A stretch of 64,000 nucleotides of DNA from Clostridium sp. CAG:354_28_25 (GCA_001915925.1 MNRL01000017.1:2780-66779); one strand, 5' to 3'. Positions 18,772 through 29,631 are shown, counted from the stretch's first letter. Notes: generated by a model not told the origin, from the letters alone. Numbers and translations: made by a program.

Positions 18772-20130
18772 CTATCGTAGTCCAATCGCTTTCATGGCTT
18801 CGTTAATATTTTTCACACCAATTATATCCAATTTATATGATTCTTTCAATAGTTTTTTGTTATTTTCTGGAATTATACATTTTTTAAATCCTAATCTTTC
18901 TGCCTCTTTTAGTCTTTTTTCCATCATATTAATTGTACGTACTTCTCCAGTTAGACCTACCTCTCCTAATGCAATTACTCCTTTAGGAATACTTACATTC
19001 TTAAAGCTTGATGCAGTAGCTAAAATTATTCCTAAGTCTAGGGCAGGCTCGTTTACCTTAAGACCCCCTACAACATTTAAATAAACGTCTTGATTTCCTA
19101 ACATAAATCCTGCTTTTTTCTCCATTACTGCTACTAGCAATGTCAACCTGTTATAATCTATTCCATTTGCAGTTCTTCTTGGCAAGCCAAATACACTTTG
19201 AGTAACTAGCGCTTGTAATTCTACTAATAATGGTCTCGTTCCTTCTACTGTTGCAACAACAACTGAGCCAGATGGATTATCTTCTCTTTCAGAAATTAAA
19301 ATTGATGATGGATTTGTTATTTCTACCATTCCTTTTTCTTGCATCTCGAACATTCCAACTTCATTAGTAGAACCAAACCTATTTTTTACTCCTCTTATCA
19401 TTCTATAAGAAAAATATCTTTCACCTTCTATGTATAGAACTGTATCTACCATATGCTCCAAAACTCTTGGACCTGCTATATTACCATCTTTTGTAACATG
19501 TCCGATAATTATAGTTGTAATCTTTCTAGATTTACAAATTTTCATTATTCTACTTGTTATCTCTCGTACTTGGCTTACACTTCCTGGAGCAGAAGATATA
19601 TCTTCTGAATACATAGTTTGCATAGAATCTATTATTACTAATTTTGGATTTAATTCTTCTATGTTTTGGTCGATAATATCTATATCTGTCTCTCCTAAAA
19701 ACAGAATATCATCATTTTTGATATTTAATCTATCTGCTCTTAATTTTATTTGTTCTGCAGACTCCTCCCCAGAAACATATAAAACTTTTCCTTCCCCTTT
19801 AACCTTATCACACAGTTGTAAAATTAAAGTAGATTTTCCTATTCCAGGCTCTCCACCTACTAATACTAAAGAACCTTTAACTAATCCTCCACCTAACACT
19901 CTATCTAGTTCTGCATACCCTGTAGAAGTTCTTTGCGCATCTTGCCCAACAAAACTATTTAATGGCTTTGGTGCTTCTTGAATTTTCTTTTCTCTTTTTC
20001 CACTTTCTACTTTTGTAGAAAGTTTTTCCTCAAAAAATGTATTCCATGAATTACAAGCTGGACATTTTCCCATCCATTTTGCAGATTCATAACCACATTC
20101 ATTACATACAAAAATTGTTTTTGCTTTCAT
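18772..20130 (-). CDS. radA: DNA repair protein RadA/Sms
   Basis: 452 aa with an N-terminal C4 zinc finger (CNECGYESAKWMGKCPAC), Walker A GEPGIGKST, the KNRFG motif and a Lon-like C-terminal domain. Confidence 0.92.
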   Translation of the reverse strand: MKAKTIFVCNECGYESAKWMGKCPACNSWNTFFEEKLSTKVESGKREKKIQEAPKPLNSFVGQDAQRTSTGYAELDRVLGGGLVKGSLVLVGGEPGIGKSTLILQLCDKVKGEGKVLYVSGEESAEQIKLRADRLNIKNDDILFLGETDIDIIDQNIEELNPKLVIIDSMQTMYSEDISSAPGSVSQVREITSRIMKICKSRKITTIIIGHVTKDGNIAGPRVLEHMVDTVLYIEGERYFSYRMIRGVKNRFGSTNEVGMFEMQEKGMVEITNPSSILISEREDNPSGSVVVATVEGTRPLLVELQALVTQSVFGLPRRTANGIDYNRLTLLVAVMEKKAGFMLGNQDVYLNVVGGLKVNEPALDLGIILATASSFKNVSIPKGVIALGEVGLTGEVRTINMMEKRLKEAERLGFKKCIIPENNKKLLKESYKLDIIGVKNINEAMKAIGLR

Positions 20131-20172
20131 ATTGTCCCTTCTTTATAAACTCTTGCACTGTATTTCTTATCT

Positions 20173-22137
20173 TTAGTTTTTGTTTAACAATTCATCTAGT
20201 CCTAATGATAATACAAACATTGCATGTGACCAACCTAAACCAATCACCCATTTAGATTTCATTTGTTCATTATCTATTTGTTCTGCTAACAAGCCTAAAG
20301 GTGTAGCTGTGTCTATTACGAATTTTAAACATTCATTAGCTTCGTTTATAGCTCCTATTTTTTTATAATATATATACATCCACAAAGTTGCTATTGGCCA
20401 TGGATTTTTTCCACCCATATAACCATCATTTTCAAATCTTAAATATCCACCTGTATATGTTCTTAATGTCAAATTAATTTTTTGCACTGTATTTTGTATT
20501 ATTTTATCATTTGGATCAAATACATTAAATGGTGTAATTGCTCCCATTATACTAATATCCACATTACTATCTTTTGTATTTCTTACTAATATATTCTGAT
20601 TTTTATCGCACAGATTTTCTAATATATATTTTTTAATTAATTCTTTATATTCTGCTAATTCCTTAAAATCTTCTGGTAGTTTAAATTTTTTATTATCTTT
20701 TTGTAATTCCTTATATATTAACTCCATTGCTCCAAATGCAGCATATATTGCTGATAATGAATATAAATGAACTCCTTCATTCATTTCCCACAAATCATAA
20801 CTTACATGTTTATATATCTGGCTTCTATCTAAATAGCTGTACTTAGTATCTATTTCAGCTTCTTTTTCTTCGCCTCTGCTTAGCAAGTGATCCATATATT
20901 TTTTTAAGAACTCAATTGCATTTTCACACATAGTTAAATTATCTTTTAATAAATTTATATCTCTTTCTTTAAGTCTAAATTCTTTTATTTTAAAGTGTTG
21001 GTATAATCCTGCCACTACACTTCCTGTTTCATCAATTTGGTATCCCCAACAAGGAGCAAGTCTTCCATCTGTATAAAAACGTTGTTCCCACATTCCGTTT
21101 TGACTTTGGGTTTTCCTTAAGAAAATATTATAGAAATTATCTGCATCTTTATACATGCCTACCATATCTAATGCTTGGGAAATAGTAACAGCATCTCTTG
21201 GCCAACAATATGCATATCTACCACATAAATCTTTTTCCTCGTCTACTTCTAATGCTGCAATTATTCCTCCGGTTTCTTCATTTACTAGCAAAGGAAATAA
21301 CAGAATCGTTCTTCTTAAAATCTTTTGTATCTTTGCATTATATATTTCTCCATAATCTTTTACTTTAAGTACATCATGTTTTTTTACATACTTGCGCCAA
21401 TATGCTTTAGTATCCATCATTAATTTTAATGTATCATATTGTTTAATTTGGTCTATTTCTTTTATTAAATCATCTAATACATCAACTTTATAATTTTTAT
21501 TTATATATATGTATACATTAAACTCTTTGGTTTCTCCTGGTCTTAATACTCCAATATCATATGCTATTGCAGAATGATTAGACATTGCTATATAATCTTT
21601 ATCACTTATTATTCCAGAAGAAATACTTTCTTCTACATTATTTAATTGATAACTATATATTGGCATATTAGAAAATGTTGTCATTGCAAAATCATGACTA
21701 TATTGAATCATAGCATTGTCACATATTCTAACTCCAACCATATTATTTAAATTTGAAAACAATTTTGAATCTATTAAAAATTTAACATTCAAATCTATTT
21801 TATTATAATTTGTAAATGTATATCTTCTTATTACTACATCCTTCTTCATTGGAATAAAATCTTCTTGTTTCATATTAAGTTTAAAATATGTATTTTCTAT
21901 TTCCGTGTTTAATACATTTGTATCTGTAGAATAGTATTGGTTATATACATTATTTATATCATCATGAAGTCTAATTAGCGCAGAATCATTTATTTTTACA
22001 CCAGTTTCATAATAATCTATAAACTGCCTATAATCTGCTGTTGGATAGCTTAATCTTAATAGCTCTCCTTTTTCTGATACACTAGCAATCATTTTTCTAT
22101 TTCCTATGAAAGCATCATTTAAGTATTTTCTTTTCAT
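20173..22137 (-). CDS. glycoside hydrolase family 15-like protein (glucoamylase/trehalase-like (alpha/alpha)6 barrel)
   Basis: 654 aa. The N-terminus AFIGNRKMIASVSEKGELLRLSYP resembles the bacterial GH15 N-domain start (xIGNGRxAALVxxDGSIDWLC). The C-terminal half is a helical barrel. Confidence 0.5.
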   Translation of the reverse strand: MKRKYLNDAFIGNRKMIASVSEKGELLRLSYPTADYRQFIDYYETGVKINDSALIRLHDDINNVYNQYYSTDTNVLNTEIENTYFKLNMKQEDFIPMKKDVVIRRYTFTNYNKIDLNVKFLIDSKLFSNLNNMVGVRICDNAMIQYSHDFAMTTFSNMPIYSYQLNNVEESISSGIISDKDYIAMSNHSAIAYDIGVLRPGETKEFNVYIYINKNYKVDVLDDLIKEIDQIKQYDTLKLMMDTKAYWRKYVKKHDVLKVKDYGEIYNAKIQKILRRTILLFPLLVNEETGGIIAALEVDEEKDLCGRYAYCWPRDAVTISQALDMVGMYKDADNFYNIFLRKTQSQNGMWEQRFYTDGRLAPCWGYQIDETGSVVAGLYQHFKIKEFRLKERDINLLKDNLTMCENAIEFLKKYMDHLLSRGEEKEAEIDTKYSYLDRSQIYKHVSYDLWEMNEGVHLYSLSAIYAAFGAMELIYKELQKDNKKFKLPEDFKELAEYKELIKKYILENLCDKNQNILVRNTKDSNVDISIMGAITPFNVFDPNDKIIQNTVQKINLTLRTYTGGYLRFENDGYMGGKNPWPIATLWMYIYYKKIGAINEANECLKFVIDTATPLGLLAEQIDNEQMKSKWVIGLGWSHAMFVLSLGLDELLNKN

Positions 22138-22149
22138 TTGTATTCTCCT

Positions 22150-23805
22150 TTATTTATTAACAATTCTATTAATTTGTCTTTGTAAGTCCTTAATTTTCTC
22201 ACTTAGACTATCTAATCTTCCCTCTTGTATATCTTGATCTGTTAATTCATCATTTACTATATCTTCCATATCATTAATTTTCTCTTTTAATGCATTTAAT
22301 CTGTCTATAATTGCAAGTTTTGTAAATTTATTATATTCTTTTTCTGGTCTTCTATATCTTCCTATTAGTCTTACATCTGTATCTGTAAGCTCATATGTTT
22401 CTCCAAAACTTGGAATAGAAACTGGTAAATTTGTAGTCTCTAATATTTTATTTTTTAATACCTCTTGTCCTTCTGGTTCTCCATGTAATAAGAAGATATG
22501 TTTTGGTTTCTTTAAGAATGAATATATAAAGTTTAGTAAACCTTCTTGGTCTGCGTGTCCAGAATATCCTTCTATATATTCTATTCTTGCATTTACCGCA
22601 ACTTCCTCACCAAATAGTTTTATCTTTTTAGCTCCATTAACAATACTATATCCTAATGTACCTGGAGCTTGATACCCTACAAATAAAATAGTATTTTTAG
22701 GATTCCAAATATTATGTTTTAAATGATGTTTTATTCTACCCACATCACACATTCCACTAGCAGAAATTATAATACATGATTCATCACTTTCATTTAAAGC
22801 TTTTGATTCTTCTACTGTACGTGTAAATTTTAACCCTGGGAACTCTAATGGATTATTTCCTTTTTGAATATATGCTTTTGTTTCTTCGTCAAACAAGTCC
22901 ATATTTTCTTCAAATACTTCTGTTGCAGATATTGCAAGCGGACTATCTACATATACTGGCACTCTCATTAATTCTTCATATTTTTTCCTAAATTCTTCAT
23001 CATCTCTTTTGTCTTTTAACTTATTTATTTCAAACAATATTTCTTGAGTTCTACCAACTGCAAATGATGGTATAACAACCGTTCCACCTTGTTCTAAAGT
23101 TTCAGAAACTATGTCTAAGAATAATTCTGCTTTATCATCATTTCTCATATGTAATCTACTACCATATGTTGATTCCATAACTAAATAATCTGTGTCTTCT
23201 ATCATTGTAGGTTCACTTAATAATGGAATATCATTGTTTCCTAAATCCCCAGAAAATACAACTTTTTCTTCTTTGCCATTTTCATTTATCCATACTTCAA
23301 TTGTTGAAGAACCAAGCATATGACCAGCATCATTAAATCTTATGTGTATATTTTCATCTATTTCTATTATTTCATCATATTTTACAGGCTTAAATAATTC
23401 TAATGATCTTGCTGCTTCCTCTGCGGTATAAAGAGGCTCTAATTCCTCTTCGCCTTTTCTTATTCTTTTTTTATTTTGCCAGGTAATTTCCATTTCTTGT
23501 ATGTGACCACTATCAGGTAACATTATAGAGCATAAGTCACAAGTAGCTTTTGTTGCAATAATATCGTTTCTATATCCTTCTTTATATAATTTTGGTATTC
23601 TTCCTGAGTGATCAATATGTGCATGTGTTAATAACATAAAATCTATACTATTAATATCAAATTCGAATGGCTCTTCATTTTCTAACTCTTCTGTTGCTTT
23701 ACCTTGAAATAAACCACAATCAACTAAGAATTTTTTTCCTGCACCTTCTACTAAAAAATTAGAACCTGTTACAGTTTTAGTAGCACCTAAAAAAGTTATT
23801 TTCAT
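22150..23805 (-). CDS. MBL-fold beta-CASP ribonuclease (TTHA0252/RNase J-like family)
   Basis: 551 aa with motifs LVDCGLFQG, LLTHAHIDHSGRIPKL, HHLKHN and YSGHADQEGLL matching beta-CASP RNA-metabolising metallo-beta-lactamases. Has a C-terminal coiled coil. Confidence 0.75.
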   Translation of the reverse strand: MKITFLGATKTVTGSNFLVEGAGKKFLVDCGLFQGKATEELENEEPFEFDINSIDFMLLTHAHIDHSGRIPKLYKEGYRNDIIATKATCDLCSIMLPDSGHIQEMEITWQNKKRIRKGEEELEPLYTAEEAARSLELFKPVKYDEIIEIDENIHIRFNDAGHMLGSSTIEVWINENGKEEKVVFSGDLGNNDIPLLSEPTMIEDTDYLVMESTYGSRLHMRNDDKAELFLDIVSETLEQGGTVVIPSFAVGRTQEILFEINKLKDKRDDEEFRKKYEELMRVPVYVDSPLAISATEVFEENMDLFDEETKAYIQKGNNPLEFPGLKFTRTVEESKALNESDESCIIISASGMCDVGRIKHHLKHNIWNPKNTILFVGYQAPGTLGYSIVNGAKKIKLFGEEVAVNARIEYIEGYSGHADQEGLLNFIYSFLKKPKHIFLLHGEPEGQEVLKNKILETTNLPVSIPSFGETYELTDTDVRLIGRYRRPEKEYNKFTKLAIIDRLNALKEKINDMEDIVNDELTDQDIQEGRLDSLSEKIKDLQRQINRIVNK

Positions 23806-23816
23806 GCTTTTCCTCC

Positions 23817-25367
23817 TTATGAAAATATTTTTATTTTTTTCTTTTCCTTTATTTTATACTTTCCTATGTCTTTTGAAATAATAATGTCTTTTGAAGTTTC
23901 TTCGACATCTCCATCTAAATAATTCACCCTTATTCCTTCTGGAATTTTTTGTACATTTACTTCTGCATTTTCTAAATTAATTATCCTTAAAGAAAATATA
24001 TTTTTTAAAATTTCGTTGTTTATATATTTATTAGAATTAACTGAATTTATTATTTTTTCTTCTATTGCTTTATCTATTAAAAATACTCTCATATTTTCTA
24101 TATCTTCTTTTAAGTCTTCATTATCTTTTAACAATTCTTCTGAAGTAATTGGAATTAAATTGTAATATCTAAATTCATAAAGCAACTCTAATACATCTTT
24201 TTTTCCTACTAATTTTTCGGCTAATATTTTGTATCCCTTTAAAAACATTTTCTGCAAATTAACTAATTCTTCTAAAGCTGTAGTTCTACTTTCGGCAATC
24301 TCTTGATAATCTAGAAGTTGTACTTTTGTAGTTGTACTTTTTTTAGTTTTCTTTAGCAATTGTCTTGGATCTATATTCTTATTATATGCCATTATTTTAT
24401 TCATACAATTTTGTCTTTCGGCAATTAAAAGTTCTTTTAACTGTAGCTTATCTTTTAAGCTCTCACCAGCTTCTTTTCTTGCTACTAATTCTTCTTCTAA
24501 TTTTTCTGAATCATTTATAATTCTATCTAAATTTTCTACCTTTTTTAATATTTTTTTCTTATCCTTAGATATTTCTTCAATATATCTTCTGATATCTTGT
24601 GGTTCTTCTTCCTTTGCCTTTAATTCTTTTTTTGTTTCAGGATGTCTTTCAAAATATATCTTTAATATAGTTATTATTATTTGATTAAATAAAGGTTCTG
24701 CTATTTCTTTATCATATCTTCTATTTAATTCTTTTTTTAATTCTTCTATGTAATCTTTATCACTATCTTTGTTATATACCCAAGCTTTCAATAAGTCATT
24801 TCCTGCAATTATTCTTATATCTTGAAAAATTAAATTAGCATAAGCATCTTCAAATTCATTTTTGGCAACATACCATGCAAATCCATTAAAATCTCTTAAA
24901 AGCTCAATATTATTGCTAGAATTTCCATGTACAAAAATTTCCATAATAGCATCTTTTAGTATGCCATACTTGTCATTTACCATGGCATTATTATTATATA
25001 AGCTATAAAGACCTTCTAAAATATATTTTTCATTTGGAAATACCTCTAATTCTTTTTTATCTAAATTTGCAATATATTTAGATTCAGTATTACTTAGCAA
25101 TGAACTTCTTTTACTTTCTGGTTTTATAACAATTAAACTATTACAATAATCTCTTACAAGATTTATAAAATCAGTTAAAATTTCTTCTTTAGCTGTAATA
25201 TCTCTTTTAACTGTTCTATAATCATTATAATTTGTTTCCATCTTATATAAGACGCTTAATATCAAGTTTTTACCAGTGCTAGAAAAATCTTTTTTCTCTA
25301 AAACCTGCTCTAACAAATTATTATAGTCCTTATATTTTAGCTTAGAAAAAATCTTTTCTTTCGGCAT
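23817..25367 (-). CDS. hypothetical coiled-coil protein
   Basis: 516-aa ORF that appears to be in an operon between ftsK and the beta-CASP RNase. No recognisable motif. Confidence 0.4.
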   Translation of the reverse strand: MPKEKIFSKLKYKDYNNLLEQVLEKKDFSSTGKNLILSVLYKMETNYNDYRTVKRDITAKEEILTDFINLVRDYCNSLIVIKPESKRSSLLSNTESKYIANLDKKELEVFPNEKYILEGLYSLYNNNAMVNDKYGILKDAIMEIFVHGNSSNNIELLRDFNGFAWYVAKNEFEDAYANLIFQDIRIIAGNDLLKAWVYNKDSDKDYIEELKKELNRRYDKEIAEPLFNQIIITILKIYFERHPETKKELKAKEEEPQDIRRYIEEISKDKKKILKKVENLDRIINDSEKLEEELVARKEAGESLKDKLQLKELLIAERQNCMNKIMAYNKNIDPRQLLKKTKKSTTTKVQLLDYQEIAESRTTALEELVNLQKMFLKGYKILAEKLVGKKDVLELLYEFRYYNLIPITSEELLKDNEDLKEDIENMRVFLIDKAIEEKIINSVNSNKYINNEILKNIFSLRIINLENAEVNVQKIPEGIRVNYLDGDVEETSKDIIISKDIGKYKIKEKKKIKIFS

Positions 25368-25382
25368 ATTTTTCCACCTTTC

Positions 25383-27821
25383 TTAAGTATTTTCATCTGG
25401 CGTAGTTCCCATTTTTAATTCGTCTAATCTTTCTTTTGTAATTAAAACTTCTCTTGGCTTACTTCCTTGGTATCCAGAAATAATTCCTCGTTCTTCCATT
25501 TGGTCTATTATTCTACCAGCTCTTGCATATCCGACCTTAAATCTTCTTTGAATAAAAGATGTTGAGGCTTGTCCGGTTTCTACAACAGTGTCTATTGCTT
25601 CCATTAATAATGGGTCTGTATCATCTTCCTCTTCCATTCTATCTAATTCTTGGTCTGTACTATTTGCTTTTTCTATACTTTCAATTATATCTTCATTATA
25701 TTTTGCTTCTCCACCATTAAATTTCAAGAAATCTACTATTTTCTCTACTTCGCTATCAGATACAAATGAACCTTGGACTCTTGTTGGTTTTGACGCACCA
25801 GATGGATAAAATAGCATATCTCCTTTTCCTAATAGTTTTTCTGCTCCTACTGCATCTAATATTGTTCTAGAGTCTACTTGTGATGAAACAGCAAATGCTA
25901 TTCTTGATGGAATATTTGCTTTTATTATACCTGTAATAACATCAACAGATGGTCTTTGAGTTGCTATTACTAAATGCATTCCTGCAGCTCTTGCCATTTG
26001 TGCTAATCTACAAATTGCATCTTCTACATCTTTTGCTGCAACCATCATTAAATCTGCAAGCTCATCTATTATTATTACTATTTGTGGTAATTTACCTGTT
26101 CCACCTTCTTTTTCTATTGCTGCATTATATCCTTTAATATCTCTTACACCTTTGTTTGCAAAAAGACTATATCTATTTACCATCTCTTGAACAGCCCATG
26201 CTAATGCTCCTGCAGCCTTTTTTGGATCTGTTACTACTGGAATTAATAAATGTGGAATTCCATTATATACAGATAATTCAACAACTTTAGGGTCTACCAT
26301 TAATAGTTTTACTTCATTTGGTTTTGCTTTATACAATATACTTGTAATTAATGTATTTATACAAACACTCTTTCCAGAACCTGTACTTCCAGCTATTAAA
26401 ACATGTGGCATTTTTGCAACATCTGCAATAACAGCCTCTCCACCAACATTCTTTCCTAATGCTAATGCTAATTTTGATTTATGATTTACAAATTCTTCTG
26501 TTTCTATAATATCTCGTAAATGTACTACTTCATTTTCCTTATTTGGAATTTCTATTCCAACAGCTTGTTTACCAGGAATTGGAGCTTCTATTCTTATGCT
26601 CTCTGCTGCTAAACTTAATGCAATATCATCTGCAAGATTTGCAATTTTGTTTACTCTAACACCTTCTGCTGGTTTTACTTCATATCTTGTTATAGCAGGT
26701 CCAACAGAAACATTTTCTACTTTTGCAGATACTCCAAAGCTATATAAAGTTTTTTGTAGTTTCGCTGCAGTATCTGTTAATGCCTTTTTTCCACCTTTAA
26801 ATACTCTTCCTTCGCCTTCACTAAGTAATTCGATTGGTGGGAATTCATAGTTTTCTTCTTCTTCTGTTAATCCATGTTCTAATACTAATACCTCTTTTGT
26901 CTTTTCTTCTTTCTTTTCTTGTTCTTGTTTAAATAAATTTGCTTCTATTTGATTTGGTTTATTTTCCTTTGTTCCTGTATTACTTTCTTCCTTACCATGA
27001 TTTAATTTTTTCTTCTTTGGTTCTGTTTCATTTAAATTAATCGTTATTTGCTCTTCTATTGGAATTTCTTCTTTTTCTTCCTTCTCTTCTGCTTTTTCTT
27101 TCTTATTTTTCTTATTCTTTGCTTTATCCTTCTTCTTTTCTATTAATACACTTTTTTGGTCTTCTAGCTCTTCTTCGTCCTCATCCTCTTCATCATCTTC
27201 TTCATACTCTCTTCTTTCTTTCATTCTTTCGAAGAAGTCTCTAATTATTTCTGCTGGTTTTATTTCAAATAAATTAATTAATGTGATAAGTGCAATTCCT
27301 ACTAATAGTATAATTCCTCCGATTGTTCCTATCAATTTACATACTGGCATTGCAATTATAGCTCCAATAACTCCACCTGCAACATTTTGTGTTCCTAAGT
27401 CATAAGCTTCTTCTAAGAAAGTAGAGAAATCCAGATTTATCGATAAAACTCCTTTGTTTATTTCGACAATTACCATAGTTGCTGCAATACACACTAAAAA
27501 TATAATATAATTTACTATTTTTTTGCTTAAATATTCTTTGTCATCAATAGCAATCTTAATCGCCATTGCTAATGTTCCAACAGGTATAATATATTTTATC
27601 CAGCCCATTATGCCTCCAAGCACAGGGCTTAAATGTTCACCAATCCATCCTGACTGTGCATATATTAAAACACAAAGTAATAAACTTGTTATTATCATTA
27701 CAACAACTACTAAATTTTTATCTATATTATTTTTCTTCTTTCTTGTTCTTGTAGTACTTCTAGAATTAGTTCTACTAGTTGATGTTCTTCTAGTACTTTT
27801 TGCTCTTCTTGCTTTTGCCAT
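25383..27821 (-). CDS. ftsK: DNA translocase FtsK/SpoIIIE
   Basis: N-terminal TM segments, an acidic low-complexity linker and a C-terminal motor with Walker A GSTGSGKS plus a gamma domain. The start was chosen at ATG 27821 (MAKARRAK) with RBS GGAGGGAATGTA, rather than the track start at 27863. Confidence 0.9.
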   Translation of the reverse strand: MAKARRAKSTRRTSTSRTNSRSTTRTRKKKNNIDKNLVVVVMIITSLLLCVLIYAQSGWIGEHLSPVLGGIMGWIKYIIPVGTLAMAIKIAIDDKEYLSKKIVNYIIFLVCIAATMVIVEINKGVLSINLDFSTFLEEAYDLGTQNVAGGVIGAIIAMPVCKLIGTIGGIILLVGIALITLINLFEIKPAEIIRDFFERMKERREYEEDDEEDEDEEELEDQKSVLIEKKKDKAKNKKNKKEKAEEKEEKEEIPIEEQITINLNETEPKKKKLNHGKEESNTGTKENKPNQIEANLFKQEQEKKEEKTKEVLVLEHGLTEEEENYEFPPIELLSEGEGRVFKGGKKALTDTAAKLQKTLYSFGVSAKVENVSVGPAITRYEVKPAEGVRVNKIANLADDIALSLAAESIRIEAPIPGKQAVGIEIPNKENEVVHLRDIIETEEFVNHKSKLALALGKNVGGEAVIADVAKMPHVLIAGSTGSGKSVCINTLITSILYKAKPNEVKLLMVDPKVVELSVYNGIPHLLIPVVTDPKKAAGALAWAVQEMVNRYSLFANKGVRDIKGYNAAIEKEGGTGKLPQIVIIIDELADLMMVAAKDVEDAICRLAQMARAAGMHLVIATQRPSVDVITGIIKANIPSRIAFAVSSQVDSRTILDAVGAEKLLGKGDMLFYPSGASKPTRVQGSFVSDSEVEKIVDFLKFNGGEAKYNEDIIESIEKANSTDQELDRMEEEDDTDPLLMEAIDTVVETGQASTSFIQRRFKVGYARAGRIIDQMEERGIISGYQGSKPREVLITKERLDELKMGTTPDENT

Positions 27822-27853
27822 TACATTCCCTCCGATTTCTACTATATACAAAA

Positions 27854-27951
27854 GCGGATGCAAGATTTACTACGCATTGGAAAATGCTAGAAAATCTAGC
27901 ATCCGCCATAAGTCTCTAGTACAGCTAATTCTTCTACTAGAAGAATTAGCT
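27854..27951 (-). promoter_or_regulatory. structured ftsK leader: a perfect 14-bp-stem palindrome (27923-27951) plus a GCGGATGC...GCATCCGC hairpin (27854-27906) followed by UUUUG directly upstream of the ftsK RBS
   Basis: Inverted repeats read directly from the sequence. The second hairpin plus U tract resembles an intrinsic terminator or attenuator only about 30 nt before the ftsK ATG. Confidence 0.35.
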
Positions 27952-28024
27952 TACTATATACAAAAAAAGGTCAGATGTCTGTATCATATAGTAAAAAAAT
28001 ACATACCAACCTCTGACTTCCAAT

Positions 28025-28462
28025 TTATTTTAATTCTTTTCTATTATTTTGTATAACTTTTAATGCATCTTCTAATGCTGTTTGAATACTTCCTAAGACA
28101 TTATCAGCATATTCTTTTGTTCCTTGTGATATCTCCCTTGACATTTCATTTGCAGTTTCTATTATTTGTGCTTTTTGTTCATATGCTTTTTTAGTAATTT
28201 CATGTTCATCAATCATAGAAATAATTCTTGTTTCTGCCTCTTTTACAATGTCATTCGCTTCTTTTTGAGCTTCAGTTAATATTCTTTGTCTCTCTTCTTT
28301 AATCCATTTTGCTTGTTTTAATTCGTCTGGAAGTTTTAGTCTTATTTCTTTTATAACTTCTAATATAGCTTCCTTATCAACAACTGCTTTATCTGTAAAT
28401 GGAAGTTTCTTACTTTGTTCTAGTATTTCCTCTAGGGTCTCTAATAATGTGAAAATCTCCAT
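28025..28462 (-). CDS. hypothetical E/K-rich coiled-coil protein
   Basis: 145-aa ORF downstream of rsmD. No diagnostic motif. It is not CoaD, which usually follows rsmD. Confidence 0.4.
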   Translation of the reverse strand: MEIFTLLETLEEILEQSKKLPFTDKAVVDKEAILEVIKEIRLKLPDELKQAKWIKEERQRILTEAQKEANDIVKEAETRIISMIDEHEITKKAYEQKAQIIETANEMSREISQGTKEYADNVLGSIQTALEDALKVIQNNRKELK

Positions 28463-28466
28463 TTGT

Positions 28467-29021
28467 CTACTCCTTTCGCATAAATATTAACCTTGCTCTA
28501 CCATATTTTCTAGTATCATAAATATTTATACTTGTTTTCAATTTATCAATTTCGTCTTTTACTCGTTCTTCTTCATCTGTTTCTGCAATAATAATTCCCT
28601 CTTCTGCTAATAAATTTCTATCATTTATTAACTTAATACTATTGCTAATATAATCGGTATTATATGGTGGGTCTATATAAATAAAATCAAACTTTTCCTG
28701 TGTATTACTTAAGAAATTTTCGTAATCTATACACAGAATTTGTACTTTATCTTCTACTCTCATTTTTTGAGCATTTTTATTTATAATTTGAATAGCTTGT
28801 TTATTATTATCACATAATATAGCCTTTTTTGCTCCTCTACTTATGCTCTCTAACCCAACTGCTCCACTACCAGCGAACAAATCTAACACAACTGTATCTC
28901 TTATGTTATTTTGTAAAATATTAAATATCGCTTCTCTAACTTTATCCAAAGTTGGTCTAGTATTCAAACCCTCTAAAGTATATAATTTTGTTCCTCTTGC
29001 TAATCCGCCTATAATTCTCAT
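28467..29021 (-). CDS. rsmD: 16S rRNA (guanine966-N2)-methyltransferase RsmD
   Basis: 184 aa with the N-terminal IIGGxxRGxxL motif (MRIIGGLARGTKL) and SAM-binding motifs DLFAGSGAVGLE and DPPY. Confidence 0.85.
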   Translation of the reverse strand: MRIIGGLARGTKLYTLEGLNTRPTLDKVREAIFNILQNNIRDTVVLDLFAGSGAVGLESISRGAKKAILCDNNKQAIQIINKNAQKMRVEDKVQILCIDYENFLSNTQEKFDFIYIDPPYNTDYISNSIKLINDRNLLAEEGIIIAETDEEERVKDEIDKLKTSINIYDTRKYGRARLIFMRKE

Positions 29022-29122
29022 AATACCTCTTTACACCATATATTTTATTAAATATTAAAGATATGTCAATATTATTAATATAATTGTAACATACATTTAA
29101 TAGTTCTGTAATAAAGCCAATA

Positions 29123-29160
29123 AAAGACAAATTTTACAAATAATAGTAAAACTTGTCTTT
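29123..29160 (-). terminator. hairpin terminator downstream of divIVA
   Basis: AAAGACAA ... TTGTCTTT 8-bp stem. Confidence 0.4.
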
Positions 29161-29175
29161 AGCTGTGCTATAAAT

Positions 29176-29631
29176 TTATTCTTCTTCTTTATTTATATCT
29201 TTTAATAATTCTAATTGAGATATTAATAAAGCTTCCATTTTAGCTTTATATACATCAAATTGTTTTTTTAGATCGTCTAATTCTTTTTTCTTCATGTTTA
29301 TTTCTTGTACTAAACCATCAGCCTCTTTTTGTGCATTTCCTTTTGCATCTTTTACGATTTGTTCTGCTTGTTGTCTTGCTACATTTTTTACATCTTCTGC
29401 TGTTGATTGAGCCATAACTAAAGTACTTTGTATAGTTTCTTCTATATTTTTATAATGAGCTAAACTTTGTGTTAATTCATCTATTGTCTTTTTAGCTTCT
29501 GTACTTTCTTTATAAGCTTTTCCATAATCTTTAGTTAATTCATCTAAAAAGTCATCTACTTCTTCTACACTGTAACCATTAACCATTTGTTTAGAGAACT
29601 TTTTATTTTCTATATCTAATGGTGTAAGCAT
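29176..29631 (-). CDS. divIVA: cell division protein DivIVA
   Basis: 151 aa with N-terminal MLTPLDIENKKFSKQMVNGYSVEEVDDFLDEL, characteristic of the DivIVA lipid-binding domain, followed by a coiled coil. Confidence 0.85.
   Translation of the reverse strand: MLTPLDIENKKFSKQMVNGYSVEEVDDFLDELTKDYGKAYKESTEAKKTIDELTQSLAHYKNIEETIQSTLVMAQSTAEDVKNVARQQAEQIVKDAKGNAQKEADGLVQEINMKKKELDDLKKQFDVYKAKMEALLISQLELLKDINKEEE

Noticed and set aside
27821-27863. ftsK start at the upstream ATG (27863, MHPLLYIVEIGGNV...)
   Set aside because: The extension is translated from the hairpin/terminator-like leader and has no RBS. The ATG at 27821 has a canonical GGAGGG RBS and gives the usual MAKARR... N-terminus.
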